Assembly: GCA_963757855.1 (NCBI GenBank)
Contig: CAVWTI010000037.1
Location: 13,688-77,687, forward strand
Reading direction: 5' to 3'
Length of the DNA: 64,000 nt
DNA from: an uncultured Gemmatimonadales bacterium
GTDB taxonomy: Bacteria > Gemmatimonadota > Gemmatimonadetes > Gemmatimonadales > Gemmatimonadaceae
The translations under genes were made by a program, and so were the position numbers. Positions 50,385 through 61,462 of the stretch are shown here, one piece after another (position 1 is the first letter of the stretch; each line of letters opens with the position of its first letter). A model generated the notes under the pieces. It saw nothing but the letters and a program-made list of their open reading frames with translations. It was not told the origin of the DNA and searched no databases.

Positions 50385-52619
50385 TGCGCGCCTCCAGAGT
50401 GCTTGCGGGCGCGGTGCTGGTCGCCGCCGGCCTGGTGATCGGCTGCCATAGCAGTGACAACACGACCGGGCCGGGAGGCGCTGGGCCGCTCAAGAAGATC
50501 GTCATCACGCCGGATAGCACCTCGGTCGCCATTGGAGCGACGACCACCCTGACGGCGGTCGGACAGGATGCCCAGGGGCGCGACGGTCAGCGGCCTGACG
50601 TTCTTCTGGTCCAGCAATGTCGATACGCTGGCGACCGTCACTCAGGGTGGCGTGGTCACGGGCGTGGCCGTCGGGACGCTGCAGATCGCGGCCAGCGCAC
50701 AGGGCGTATCCGGCATCGGGACGGTCACCGTGACGCCCAAACCGGTGGGATCGATCGTCGTGACGCCGACGCATGCCACGATTCGCGTCGCGACGACGCT
50801 GCAACTCTCGGACACCGTGAAGGATCAGTCGGGCAACGTGCTGACTGGGCAGACCGTGACGTGGAAGAGCGACAGCGCCGGCACCGTCTCGGTGGACGCC
50901 AACGGATTGATCACGGGGCGGGTTGTCGGAACGGCGACGATCACGGCGTCGGTGGGTGGGAAGAGCGCGACGGCGGCGATCATCGTCTCCCAGATTCCGG
51001 TGCGGTCGATCACGATCACGCCGGCGAATCCGGCGATCGTCGTCACCCAGACCACGCAGCTCACGGCGACGACGTTCGACTCCGCGGGCGACGTGCTGCC
51101 AGGCCGAGTGGTCCGATGGAAATCGCGCACTCCTGCTGTGGCGACCGTGGACTCGATCGCCGGACTGGTCACGGGCGTGAGCCCCGGAACCTCCGTGGTC
51201 GTCGCAACAAGCGAAGGCATTTCGGACAGCGTTGTGGCCACCGTCAGTGCGGCGCCGGTCAACTCCGTGGTACTCTCGCCCAACGTCTCGCAGCTACACG
51301 TCGGACAGACGCAGCAGATCACCGCCACCGTGACCGACGTGAATGGCAATCCGGTGAGCAACCCGACGGTCACGTTCGGGTCGAGCAATACCGGGATCGC
51401 GAGTATCAGCAGCAGCACCAGTACGACCGCGCAGATCCTGGCAGCAGGAGCGGGCACCGCGACGATCACCGGGACCAGCGGAGCGAAAAGCGGCACCGCG
51501 ACGATCATCGTCTCGCAGGTGCCGGTCGATTCCGTTCATGTGGCGGCGCCTCAGGATACGCTCACCGTGGGCCATCAGGAGACCCTGACGGCGACGGCGT
51601 ATGACTCATCGGGCAATGTCATAACCGGACGCGCCATCACGTGGAGCACAAGCAACAGCGCGGTGGCGACGGTCAGCGCGGGCGGTGTCGTCACCACGCT
51701 GCAGCAGGGCGCCGTCGTCATCTTCGCATCGATCAGCGGCGTGTCGGGTAGTGTCACGCTCCAGGTCAACCCTGTGCCGATTGGATCGGTCACGATCGCG
51801 CCGCTCACTGACACCGTCAGCCAGACCGGCCAGGTACAACTCACCGCAACGGTGAAAGACAGCCTGGGCAACGTGGTCACGAATCCGACGGTGACCTGGA
51901 TGTCTTCGGCCAACGGCATTGCGACCGTGACGTCGAGCGGTCTCGTGACAGGAGTCAGCGCCGGCACAGCGAGAATCACGGCCTCCGACGGGGGGAAGAG
52001 CGGCACGAACACCACTGTTGTGACGGCGTCAGTCGCAACGGTAGACGTGGCGCCGGCTGTGGATACAATCTTTGCGACCGCTCCGGGGAACACGGTACAG
52101 CTGATCGACTCCGCATTCGACTCGGGCCACAACTACCTGCCAGGAGCAGCCGTTACCTGGTCGCTGACCGGCGGCACCGTCGCCGGGGTCAGTGGCACTG
52201 GCCTCGTCACCGCCAATGGCTCGGGCGATGGCTCTGCCACAATCACGGCCACGAGTGGCAGTGGACCGTCGGGATCCGGGACGGTGGTCGTGTTCGGGCA
52301 TTCGGCGACCATCAACCCGGCACGCCGGCATCGTCGACACTCTCCCTCTCAGCCACGGGCTTCCCGGCATCCACGACCGACAACGCCCAGGTCCTCGACG
52401 CATTTAGCACTGATGTCAGTACATTCCGGCGCGTGACCTGGACGTCGAGCGATCCCAGCACGGTCACGGTGAATGGCGGCACATCGGCACAGGTTATCGC
52501 GAGCACGCCGGTGACGCTGACCGCGATTAGCACCAAGCTCGAGCCCGGTCACGATCACGGTCACTGCTCTCGACAACGCCAGCGCGACCAACAGTATCTC
52601 CCTCACCGTGGTTCCATGA
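50384..52619 (+). CDS. lipoprotein with about eight bacterial Ig-like (Big_2) domains; at least 3 frameshifts
   Basis: MRASRVLAGAVLVAAGLVIGC (lipobox). Repeated ~85-aa units read (I/V)TPxxxT(I/V)xVGxTxQLTAT(V/A)xDxxGNxxxxxx(V/I)TWxSSNxxxATV...G(L/V)VTGVxxGTAxITA. Frame switches at about 50575, 52300 and 52535. The end ...SSSPVTITVTALDNASATNSISLTVVP* has its stop (tga) at 52617-52619. Confidence 0.8.
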
Positions 52620-53720
52620 CCATTCTCGCTCGCAGTGGCCGTGCGGGTCCGCCATCGCGCTGGCCATGATGGCGGCGGCCGTCGCGCCGTCGCATCTCGC
52701 GGCCAGGAGTTGCCACTCAAGCGTCCCAAGCTGACGCCGATCACGATCGCCTGCCCGGTCATCCCGGCGCCCCCGCCGACCGCCCAGCAGGTGATCGAGG
52801 AAGCGAATCGGCTGGCGACGCTGGGACAGGAATCGTCGATCGAAGGCGATCACCGGGCGGCGCGCGATCTGTTCAAGCAAGCCGCCTCGCTCGACCCGCG
52901 CGACGCGAGCCTCGCCTATCGGCTGGGCCGCGAGTACGAGGACCTGCAGCAGCGTGACCTCGCGGTGCACGAGTACTGCCGCTACCTCTCGCTGGCGCCC
53001 AACGCGACCGACGCGGCGCAGATCGGCGACCGGGTCGCCAAGCTGCTGCCGGGCGGCACGCTCGCACACGGCAACGCCGTCGTAACGGAGTTCAAGCTGG
53101 CCGTGGCGAGCTATGACGCCCGGAGCTTCAGTACCTCCGCCGATCAATTCGACAGCGTCGTCAGCGGCGCGCCCGGGCTGTCCGCTGGCGTCTACGACCG
53201 AGGGCTCGCGCACGACCAGAATGGCGATGCCGCGGCCGCGATTCACGACTATTCGCATTACCTGCAACTCGAGCCGGGCGCACTCGATGCCTCGGCGGTC
53301 CGGGCGCGCATGCAGCAGCTCCGGCATGGCATTCCGAGCGCCACGACGGCGTTCTTTCTCGGGTTGCTGCCGGGTGGGGGCCAGTTCTATACGAAACAGC
53401 CGGTGCTTGGCGCCGTCGTGCTGGCGGGTGCCGCGGGCGGTGTCGTGCTCGCGATTCAATCACGCACAGTCACGCGCGACACCACGTTCGTTGGACCGTT
53501 TGGCGGCACCTATCCCGGTACGTACACGCAGACCCAGCACCCCAACCTCGTGCTGGGAGCGGCAGTGGCAGGCGGCGTGACGCTGTTCGGCGCCATTGAA
53601 GCCGCGATCGTCGCGCACGGGCGCGGTGCGGGCCTGAACGACGGCGACGCCGCCGGCCTGCGCCGGGGACCGCGTTCCTGCCGCATGTGGGGCCGGTCAC
53701 GCTGGAGCTGCCAACGGTGA
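52616..53720 (+). CDS. TPR-repeat protein with N-terminal signal and C-terminal TM/Gly-rich segments; frameshifts in the first ~100 nt
   Basis: ATGA overlap with the Big_2 gene. ...SAIALAMMAAAVAPSHLAAQ (signal peptide, other frame). AQQVIEEANRLATLGQES...DHRAARDLFKQAASLDPRDASLAYRLGREYEDL...AVHEYCRYLSLAPNATDA...AAAAIHDYSHYLQLEPGA (TPR-like). FFLGLLPGGGQFYTKQPVLGAVVLAGAAGGVVLAI (TM segment). Confidence 0.6.
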
Positions 53721-54645
53721 TGGCCGCGGCCGACGGCCTCCGGCTCGCGCTCCCGCTGCATCTGACGTTCTGACGCCGCTGGCCTCGAGCGGTTCGCGAC
53801 GCGGGGTCACCCGGCGTCGCGCAGCTGCTCCCGTGCCGACGGATGCACGAGCGCGAGCTGCGGCGGAGCCTGGCAGGCCGAGGCGGATGCGCACACGAGT
53901 CACGAAGCGGTCGACGCTCTGGTGCCGCCATTCCGCCAGCGGCGCACCGGTAATGGCGCGGACGTTGTTGGTGAACACTTCCGGATCGGGGTAGCGCAGC
54001 CGCGCCGCCACATCCACGACGGTGAGACCGCCCATCCGCGCGTACTGGAACCCGCGCAGCACCCGCACCGCGGTCACCACCGTGCAACAGGGCGCGAGCC
54101 CCGCGCGCCGCAGCCACACATTCGTGTGCTGGCGCGTCAGGCCGGCCGCCGCCGCGAGGTCCTGGGCGGTACGAAACCGCCAGGTCGCCCGGAACAACTC
54201 CCGCACCGACTCTCCAACGCCCGGCGGCGCGCCGGCCTGCGCGATCGCGCCCAGGATCTGAACCAGGACTGGCTCGTCGGCCCCCCGCGCGGCGACATCC
54301 TCCACCCGCAGGCGCATCCGCTCCGGCGCGTCGTCGAAGCCCGCGAAGACGAAGTCATGGACCCCCGAGTCGCCGAGCGCGAGGATCGCGCGGCTCGTTT
54401 CCGAGGAGACCGTCGTGTAGACCAGGACCGACGCGAAATCCCGGATGGTCTGGAGGGCGGTGAGCCCATCGCCCGCGTCAGGACAGCGGGCGGCCGGGTC
54501 GGCGATCACGACGTCGATCGGTCGGCGGCGAACTTCGCCGCGCAGCACGCGCCACGTCGGGATGTCGAGTACCGAGTGACATTCCCACCGTCGCCGCGTG
54601 GAGGCGCGCTAACAGGGAGCGCTCCAAACGAGCCGCGATCAGCAT
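53697..54645 (-). CDS. AraC-type HTH transcriptional regulator with N-terminal receiver-like domain; one frameshift near 54560
   Basis: C-terminal ...RTAQDLAAAAGLTRQHTNVWLRRAGL...LRGFQYARMGGLTVVDVAARLRYPDPEVFTNNVRAITGAPLAEW (two AraC helix-turn-helix units). N-terminal MLIAARLERS.. / ..RRRPIDVVIADP...GLTALQTIRDF..VLVYTT (CheY-like fold). The 3' end is uncertain. Confidence 0.6.
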
Positions 54646-54828
54646 TTGTCGCCCCGACCCGCCATGAGCCACCCTCCCGCGGCCGCGTCCGGCGCGTCAC
54701 GCTCCACGCTGCGCCCGAGAGACCGCCTTCCGTTTCGCCACCTCGGGCTTCCGTTTTGCCGACGGCGCCGGTGGCGGCGACGGCGATCATTCGACAGCGC
54801 GATGTGCCCTTTCAAACCCGAGGTGTGT

Positions 54829-55014
54829 ATGACCCCGACTCCCCGTCGTTCCCTGCTGCTGGTTGCCACGCTGCTCGGCGCACTTGCGGCGTGCAGTTCT
54901 CCGACCGCGCCCACTGCCGCCGGCGCCGTTCACGAGAACTCCATCACCAGTCCCGCCGCCCCGAACATGGCAGCCCGGTGTGGCGTGACCGGCGGATCGG
55001 ATTCTCACTGCTGA
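54829..55014 (+). CDS. 61-aa lipoprotein
   Basis: MTPTPRRSLLLVATLLGALAACSSP (lipobox) ...MAARCGVTGGSDSHC*. It lies within ORF 54646..55014. Confidence 0.4.
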   Translation: MTPTPRRSLLLVATLLGALAACSSPTAPTAAGAVHENSITSPAAPNMAARCGVTGGSDSHC

Positions 55015-55077
55015 ACGCCGTACGCACGCAGGGGCGCCGCAATCTGACCGTGTGGCGCCACCGAACCTGTTGTTTGC

Positions 55078-56379
55078 TCAGTCCGCGACCGCTGCGAGCG
55101 TCCGCGCGTTGGATAGCGCTGCGGAGACGTGAGCCAAGCGCTCAGGCGTCGCCAGCGACGGTTCCGACCGCGGCGTGTATGTGTCATCGCACGCCCGCTG
55201 GAGCGCGGCCTCGGCACGAAAGAGTACCTCGCCCAACTGGCACTGCTCGGCGATCTCGACTGCACGGCGCAATGCCTCTATCGCCTGGGGCCGGCGCTGG
55301 AACGTGAGGTCGCCGAGCGCGCCGTAATACAAATATTCTGCCTCGACGATCGGCCCAAGCGCAACTCCGGCCAACGCGCGGCGTAGCCGTGTAAAGTCGA
55401 CCTCCCGCCGATCGAGGGTCGCGATCTCCATCAGGTTGATCGTGGCGAGCCAGCGCACGTAGGGTTCGCGCGCGGTCGCCAGGAGCACCGCGTTCGCATC
55501 GCGCGCGGTCTCGCGATACCCCGCCGCCAACGCGATCGCCGCGAGGTCTCCGAGCACGCGCTCCCGCGCCGTCGGATCGTCGATGGCCGACCACGCTTCG
55601 TATGCATAGTCGATCGCCTCAGCCAGCCTGCCGCGCCAATGCGCGACGTGGGCACGGTCGTGCCATGCCAATCCGCGGACGTCACGGGTCCGCTCGGTCA
55701 CGGCATCAGCGATCACCCGAGCAAGCTGCAGATCCGCCGCGGGCAAATTGCCTCGATCGGCCTCGACGTCGGCTAAACACGTTCGCGCACGAAGCGCGAG
55801 GTGGTCATCGCCCCATTTGCGGGCGACGGATAGCGCATAACGATACTCGTGTTCGGCCGTCTTGGAGTCTCCGAGTTTGCGGTGACACGCACCGCTTCGG
55901 AGTGCCGACGCGCCACCGAGCAGTGCGTCCTGGCGTGACCCCGTGCCCGGCACCCAGGCGGCGCGGACGCGCCCGTACACCGCAACCGCCAACGCCCAGG
56001 TGGACCGCTGGTGCAACGACCGGCCGTACGCCATCAAGAGCGGCGCGACATTGGTGAGCCTGCCGTGCGGCTCCCGCAGGGTGTGGTCGACGAGGGCGCG
56101 CAGCAGCTCGCGCTCCGGGATGGTGTCGGAGACCGCACCAATGGCGGCTTCGACGGCACGTCGTTCGGCATCCAGGCTGGCTGTCGGCAACCCCGATTCC
56201 GCCCACGCATCGATGTAGCGGAGCGTGACGAGACCCGCGAATGCCGCTCGCCATTCCGCTGCCCCCTCGGGCACCGAGCCGAGCGTCACGAAGAACGCCC
56301 GATACCTGGTGGCCTCGGCCTCCCCGGAAACACTACCGGGGGTGGCTGGCACAGCGGCCGCAATCGCTCGCTGTTTCAT
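55078..56379 (-). CDS. all-helical repeat protein (TPR-like), unknown function
   Basis: MKQRAIAAAVPATPGS.... 433 aa in a clean frame, with repeated A..Y..AL....G......A helical-hairpin patterns. I see no catalytic motif. Confidence 0.5.
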   Translation of the reverse strand: MKQRAIAAAVPATPGSVSGEAEATRYRAFFVTLGSVPEGAAEWRAAFAGLVTLRYIDAWAESGLPTASLDAERRAVEAAIGAVSDTIPERELLRALVDHTLREPHGRLTNVAPLLMAYGRSLHQRSTWALAVAVYGRVRAAWVPGTGSRQDALLGGASALRSGACHRKLGDSKTAEHEYRYALSVARKWGDDHLALRARTCLADVEADRGNLPAADLQLARVIADAVTERTRDVRGLAWHDRAHVAHWRGRLAEAIDYAYEAWSAIDDPTARERVLGDLAAIALAAGYRETARDANAVLLATAREPYVRWLATINLMEIATLDRREVDFTRLRRALAGVALGPIVEAEYLYYGALGDLTFQRRPQAIEALRRAVEIAEQCQLGEVLFRAEAALQRACDDTYTPRSEPSLATPERLAHVSAALSNARTLAAVAD

Positions 56380-56498
56380 GGTTGGAGTCTCACCATGGTC
56401 CAATATGGGCAACGGCAACACCGACGTCACTAGCGGCCCCCGGTCACCGCTCCGCGGCGGCCCCAATGGCCGGCGGGAAGACAGCGTCCGCATGGCGA

Positions 56499-56517
56499 TT
56501 TAGGGTACACTAATTAT
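56499..56517. promoter_or_regulatory. candidate DtxR/MntR-family operator in an AT-rich patch upstream of mntH
   Basis: tttagggtacactaattat. The left half TTAGGgTA matches the DtxR/IdeR box TTAGGTTAGCCTAACCTAA and the ends TTAG....CTAA are palindromic. This is the only AT-rich stretch in a >65% GC neighbourhood. Confidence 0.35.
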
Positions 56518-56520
56518 TAT

Positions 56521-57912
56521 TTGCGTGTGGAACCGATCAGGAGTCGACCGGAGCTAATCGTTGAATCCGGGGCCAATCCAGGCGTCCAACCGGGGCAGTC
56601 CGGCTGGAATCGCGCCCGGCTTACGCCGACGCTGGTCGAGTCCTACCGCACGGTGGCGGTCGAAGGGTCCTGGTGGCGGAAGGCGCTGGCCTTTGCCGGC
56701 CCTGGCTATCTCGTGGCGGTCGGGTACATGGACCCGGGCAACTGGGCGACCGATCTGGCTGGCGGTGCCCGATTCGGATACACGCTGCTCAGCGTGATCC
56801 TGGTGTCCAACCTGCTCGCCGTGCTGCTCCAGGCGCTCGCGGCCAAGCTCGGGATCGCCACGGGGCGGGACCTGGCCCAGGCGTGCCGCGACCACTACTC
56901 GCGCCGTACCGCGATCGCGCTCTGGCTGCTCGCCGAGGTCGCCATCACGGCCTGCGATCTCGCCGAGGTGATCGGATCGGCCATCGCGCTCAACCTCCTG
57001 TTTCACATTCCCATCGCGGCCGGTGTCTGCATCACCGCCCTCGATGTGTTCGTCGTGCTCTACCTCCAGCAGCGCGGCTTTCGCCGGCTCGAGGTCGTGG
57101 TGATCACGCTCATCGCGACCATCGCGCTGGCGTTCCTGTTCGAGTTGGTGCTGTCCCATCCGAACGCCGGCGCGGTTGGGCGCGGGTTCATCCCGACGAC
57201 GGCGATTCTCACCGACTCCTCGATGCTCTACATCGCGATCTCCATCCTCGGCGCGACGGTGATGCCCCACAATCTCTACCTGCACTCGTCCATCGTGCAG
57301 ACGCGACGTTACGACGAGACGCCCCCGGGCCGCCGCGAAGCCGTCCGGTACGCCGTGCTCGATTCCACGGTCGCGCTGACGCTGGCGCTCTTCATCAACG
57401 CCGCCATTCTCATCGTGGCGGGGGCGACGTTTCACACGTCGGGCCACTCGGATGTCGCCGAGATTCAGGACGCGTACAAGCTGCTGACACCTCTGCTGGG
57501 CGTGGGAGGCGCGAGCCTGGTGTTCGCGCTCGCGCTGCTCGCGTCCGGGCAGAACTCGACGCTCACCGGCACCCTGGCCGGCCAGATCGTCATGGAAGGA
57601 TTTCTCAGCATCCGGCTGCGCCCCTGGATCCGCCGGCTGATCACCCGCGGTCTCGCGATCATTCCGGCTGGTGTCATCGCGGTCCTCTACGGCGAATCGG
57701 GCACCGCCAAGCTGCTGATTCTCAGCCAGGTGATCCTCAGCCTCCAACTTTCGTTCGCGGTGGTCCCGCTGGTGCAGTTCACCTCGGACCGCGCGAAGAT
57801 GGGAGAGTTGGCCAACCCGCGCTGGCTGGCGTGGCTGAGCTGGGCCGCCGCCGGTTTCATCCTCGTGCTCAACGCGTGGCTCCTCGTGCTGCTGGCCCGT
57901 CCCGGCACGTGA
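56521..57912 (+). CDS. mntH: NRAMP-family divalent metal (Mn2+/Fe2+) transporter
   Basis: [32 protein letters not shown] (Nramp signature), ...[12 protein letters not shown].... About 11 TM segments. The start codon is uncertain (no ATG; TTG 56521 or GTG 56527). Confidence 0.9.
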   Translation: MRVEPIRSRPELIVESGANPGVQPGQSGWNRARLTPTLVESYRTVAVEGSWWRKALAFAGPGYLVAVGYMDPGNWATDLAGGARFGYTLLSVILVSNLLAVLLQALAAKLGIATGRDLAQACRDHYSRRTAIALWLLAEVAITACDLAEVIGSAIALNLLFHIPIAAGVCITALDVFVVLYLQQRGFRRLEVVVITLIATIALAFLFELVLSHPNAGAVGRGFIPTTAILTDSSMLYIAISILGATVMPHNLYLHSSIVQTRRYDETPPGRREAVRYAVLDSTVALTLALFINAAILIVAGATFHTSGHSDVAEIQDAYKLLTPLLGVGGASLVFALALLASGQNSTLTGTLAGQIVMEGFLSIRLRPWIRRLITRGLAIIPAGVIAVLYGESGTAKLLILSQVILSLQLSFAVVPLVQFTSDRAKMGELANPRWLAWLSWAAAGFILVLNAWLLVLLARPGT

Positions 57913-57947
57913 CGCCACTGATTCTTCCCGACTGGGAGTAAACCGTG

Positions 57948-58661
57948 ATGACGCCATCACCGACCGCGATCCGTCCCGAGGACGCGCCCGAGCCGACCTA
58001 CACCGGTCCGGTCGAAGATTATCTGAAGACGATTTACGAGCTGGAGCGCGCCACCGGCACCGCGACCACGACCGACATCGCACACCGGCTCGCGATCGCG
58101 CCGGCGTCCGTCACTGGAATGGTGCGGCGCCTCGCAGATCAGCGGCTGCTCAAACACGAACCGTATCGCGGCGTCCGGCTGACGCAGGCGGGGCAGCGCG
58201 TCGCGCTTCGGACTCTACGCCGCCATCGGGTGATCGAGACGTTTCTCGCGCGCGTCCTCGGATATCCGTGGGACGCCGTGCACGATGAGGCGGAACGCCT
58301 CGAGCACGCGGCCAGCAATGAACTGGTCGACCGCATGGCGGCCGCGCTCGACGAGCCGACCGTGGATCCACATGGGGCCCCCATCCCGAGCCGCGACGGG
58401 ACGGTCGACGACCATCGCTATGCGTCGATCGCGGACCTCCCGCTTGGGCAGCACGCCCGGCTGGTGTGCGTCAGCGACGATGATCCGGCCCGGCTCCGCT
58501 ATCTCGCGGAGCTGGGTCTCACGCCCGGTGCACGCGTCGTGGTGCTCGCGCGTGCGCCGTTTGAGGGCCCGCTCAGTATTCGCGTCGGCGATGGCGCCCG
58601 GGCCGCCGAACATGCGATCGGCCCCGCCCTCGCACGCGCCGTCCTCGTCGAGCCGTCCTGA
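57948..58661 (+). CDS. DtxR/MntR-family metal-dependent repressor with C-terminal FeoA/SH3-like domain
   Basis: VEDYLKTIYELERATGTATTTDIAHRLAIAPASVTGMVRRLADQRLL...RGVRLTQAGQRVALRTLRRHRVIETFL...WDAVHDEAERLEHA...DPHGAPIP. Tail ...ARLVCVSDDDPARLRYLAELGLTPGARVVV. Confidence 0.88.
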   Translation: MTPSPTAIRPEDAPEPTYTGPVEDYLKTIYELERATGTATTTDIAHRLAIAPASVTGMVRRLADQRLLKHEPYRGVRLTQAGQRVALRTLRRHRVIETFLARVLGYPWDAVHDEAERLEHAASNELVDRMAAALDEPTVDPHGAPIPSRDGTVDDHRYASIADLPLGQHARLVCVSDDDPARLRYLAELGLTPGARVVVLARAPFEGPLSIRVGDGARAAEHAIGPALARAVLVEPS

Positions 58662-58678
58662 TCACGCCGGGGTGATTC

Positions 58679-60711
58679 CTACGACGTAGGCGGCGCCGAC
58701 CAGACGTTGTTCGAGCGATCGATGTCGATCAACCGGTGGTCCGGATCAAGCTCGATCCGCGTGACGTGCTTGCCGGGGAACGAGTAGCGCCGCAGGTACC
58801 GCGTAGTGTTGGTGCTCCATACCTCGGCCGGATAGTGGAAATCCTCTGTCGACCCGTCGCTGAACGTAAAGCGGGCGCGGATCGGCAGCACCCCGCGCGC
58901 GCGGTTCGCGTACCGGACGACGACGTTGTCGGTATCGCCGCGATGCTGGACGACGACGGTGTCGATGGCCTGGTCGAAGTGGTAGTTGTTCAGCCAGAAT
59001 TTCACGCCAGAACCAGTCGAGCCGATGGCCGCCAACATCTTCCATCGTGCGGAAGAAATCGGCCGGAGCGGGGTGCTTGTATGCCCAGCGCCGGATGTAC
59101 GCGCGGAACGCGTCGTCGAACGCGCCGGGCCCAAGGATCTCCTGGCGGAGCAGCTGCAGACCCACCGACGGCTTGTCGTAGGAGTTGAGCCCCAGGAGCT
59201 GCGGCGGCACCCGGTCGGCCTGCAGCTCGATCGGGATGTCCACGCCGATCGACTCCGCCTTCTCTTCGAGCGCGCGCTCTTCGCCCGCGCGATCCATCTG
59301 GTCGCCCTTTGCGGGATACCGGCGCGCTTCCGAGAAGAGATTGATGAAGGTGTTGAGCCCTTCGTCCTGCCAGAAGTGGATTCGCTCGTTTGAGCCCACG
59401 ATCATCGGGAACCAGTTATGCCCGATCTCATGGGTGACCACCGAGTAGAGCTCGATACTCGTCGTCGTTGCGATCCTCCATCGCGAGCATCGGATACTCC
59501 ATGCCGCTGATCGGGCCCTTCGAGCGCCGTGATCTGCGGGTACGGATACGGGTACCAGCGCGTCGAATATTCCTCGATCGACATGCGGGCCATGTCGGCG
59601 GCATCCTTCCAGACGGGTGCCGCGCTGGGCCGGTAGTAGGCCTGGGCGAGGATGCCGTGCCACGAGCTCGCGTCCCACTGATAATTGGGCGCGGCTGCCC
59701 ACGCCACGTCGCGCACGTTGTGCGCGTGGAACCGCCACGTGAGCGTGCCCGTGGACTTGCGGCCGCGCCGCACCGCTCGACAGCTCGTCCGGTGTGATGA
59801 TCGCGACTGGAGTCGCCGACGTCGCCGCCTTGGCCAGCCGCGCGCGCTCGGCCGCAGTGAGGACCTCCGCGCGCGTTGTCGAGCGAGCCAGTGCCCGCCA
59901 CGATGTACCCGGCGGGGACGGTGACCGCGTACGTTGAAGTCGCCGTACTCGAGATAGAACTCGCCCTGGCCGAGGTAAGGCTCGGTGTTCCAGCCGCGGA
60001 GATCGTCGTAGACCGCCGACGCGCGGATACCACTGCGCCAGCTCGTACAGCGGCCCATCCCGCCCCATGCGGTCGGCGCCGTGCTCCGGTACCTTGAAGT
60101 GCCACGCGATGTCGAATGTCGCGGTCCCGCCGGGCGCGAGGCCCTGTGGCAGATCGGCTTTGAGCTCGGTCCCCTCGACCCGCGTGACCAGCGCGACGCG
60201 CGCCGCCGGGCCGCGCACGAGGTCGAACCGATCGATGACATCGCCGCCGTCGAACCCGCGGGCGCCGAAGCGGGATGCTGCGGGAAGACGAGCGCGTTGA
60301 GCGCCGTGTCCTTGAACGCGTTCTGCTCGACCTGGAACCAGACGAAGTGCAGTGTGTCCGGCGAGTGGTTGGTGTACCGCAGCCGCAGTTGCCCCGTGAG
60401 TGTCTTGGCCGCGGTATCGATGCTGGCCTGATGTCGTAGTCGGCGTGATTCTGCCAGTAGCGCGGCCCCGGCGCGCCCGACGCCGAGCGGAACTCGGTGC
60501 CTTGCGGCATCGGCAATGGCGCGAAGACGGAGGTGTCGTTGACGCCGGTCGCGTCGAACTCGCCGGACCGCGGCGGCGTGGTCTCCCCTCTCCTGGGCCT
60601 GTGCGCTGGCGACACCTGAAAGCGCCACGGTGCACAGTGCGGCGGCCACGGAATGCCGGAAGCGGCGGTGCGAGCGAGCGTATGCGCGAAAGTGCGAGAC
60701 AGGAATTTCAT
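58679..60711 (-). pseudogene. M1-family (gluzincin) aminopeptidase, secreted; readable only by switching frame at least 10 times
   Basis: MKFLS.. / ..VAAALCTVALSGVASAQAQ / FRSASGAPGPRYWQNHADYDI / DTAAKTLTGQLRLRYTNHSPDTLHFVWFQVEQNAF / ...LAQWYPR / AVYDDLRGWNTEPYLGQGEFYLEYGDFNV / VTVPAGYIVAGTGSL / ...TWRFHAHNVRDVAWAAAPNYQWD... / GMEYPMLAM / VVTHEIGHNWFPMIVGSNERIHFWQDEGLNTF (HExxH-x18-E) / ...NNYHFDQAIDTVVVQ...DPDHRLIDIDRSNNVW. The pieces are collinear and alternate among all three minus frames. Confidence 0.8.
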
Positions 60712-60900
60712 GTCCGTAGCGGAGGAATGAGCCGAAACGAATCTGACAACGACGGAGGCGCCTAATACTACACCTGATCTGAGACGTCGATCGGCGACAG
60801 GAGTCCTTGATGCGTGACTCGACGAGACCGATTCGGACCCCCATTCGGACACCAATCACGGGCGCTCCGTTGCCGAACCCTCGCGGTATATTGAGCGCGT

Positions 60901-61422
60901 ATGCGTCGTACGAACCGCCTCGCCATCGGGATCGCGGGTAGTCTCGCAATAGCAGCGGGCAACGCCGCCGCGCAGAGTGACACGACCCGCGCAGCCGGGC
61001 CCGTCGCCGTCGGTGCCAGAGTCCGTCTGTGGCAGCGTGTGGCGAGTGACGTGTCTATGCCGGTGACTGGCCGAGTCGAGCGCATCGCGCGCGACAGCGT
61101 CACGCTCGCGGCCGAGTCGGTGGCCACACCGGTGACATTGGCGTGGCCTGCAGTGACGCGCATGGAGATCAGCGCCGGTCCGCAGACCGGGTCGCGCGCA
61201 GGTGGAGCCATCAAAGGCGGCATCATCGGCGCCCTCGGCGGCGCGGTCCTTGGCGTGATCCCCGGCAACATCGCGAATCGCAACGCGCCGGCGTTCGGCG
61301 TGGTGGGCTTCGTGATCGGAGGCGCCGGGGGCGCCGCGATCGGCGCGTACGCGCCCGGTGAGCGTTGGCAGCAGCGTGACTCTGCCGCCCGGACCGACCG
61401 CGCACTGACGCCGCGCAGCTGA
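60901..61422 (+). CDS. secreted protein with C-terminal glycine-zipper segment
   Basis: MRRTNRLAIGIAGSLAIAAGNAAAQ (signal peptide). ...GGAIKGGIIGALGGAVLGVIPG...FGVVGFVIGGAGGAAIGAYAPG. Confidence 0.55.
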   Translation: MRRTNRLAIGIAGSLAIAAGNAAAQSDTTRAAGPVAVGARVRLWQRVASDVSMPVTGRVERIARDSVTLAAESVATPVTLAWPAVTRMEISAGPQTGSRAGGAIKGGIIGALGGAVLGVIPGNIANRNAPAFGVVGFVIGGAGGAAIGAYAPGERWQQRDSAARTDRALTPRS

Positions 61423-61462
61423 CGCCGCGCACTGACGCTCGCGCGGGGCAGGCGCCGGGTGG

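Noticed and set aside
56380-56520. Manganese riboswitch upstream of mntH
   Set aside because: I could not recognise a conserved four-way-junction-like pairing or the characteristic motifs by eye. The gap is short and is better explained as a promoter plus DtxR-type operator.
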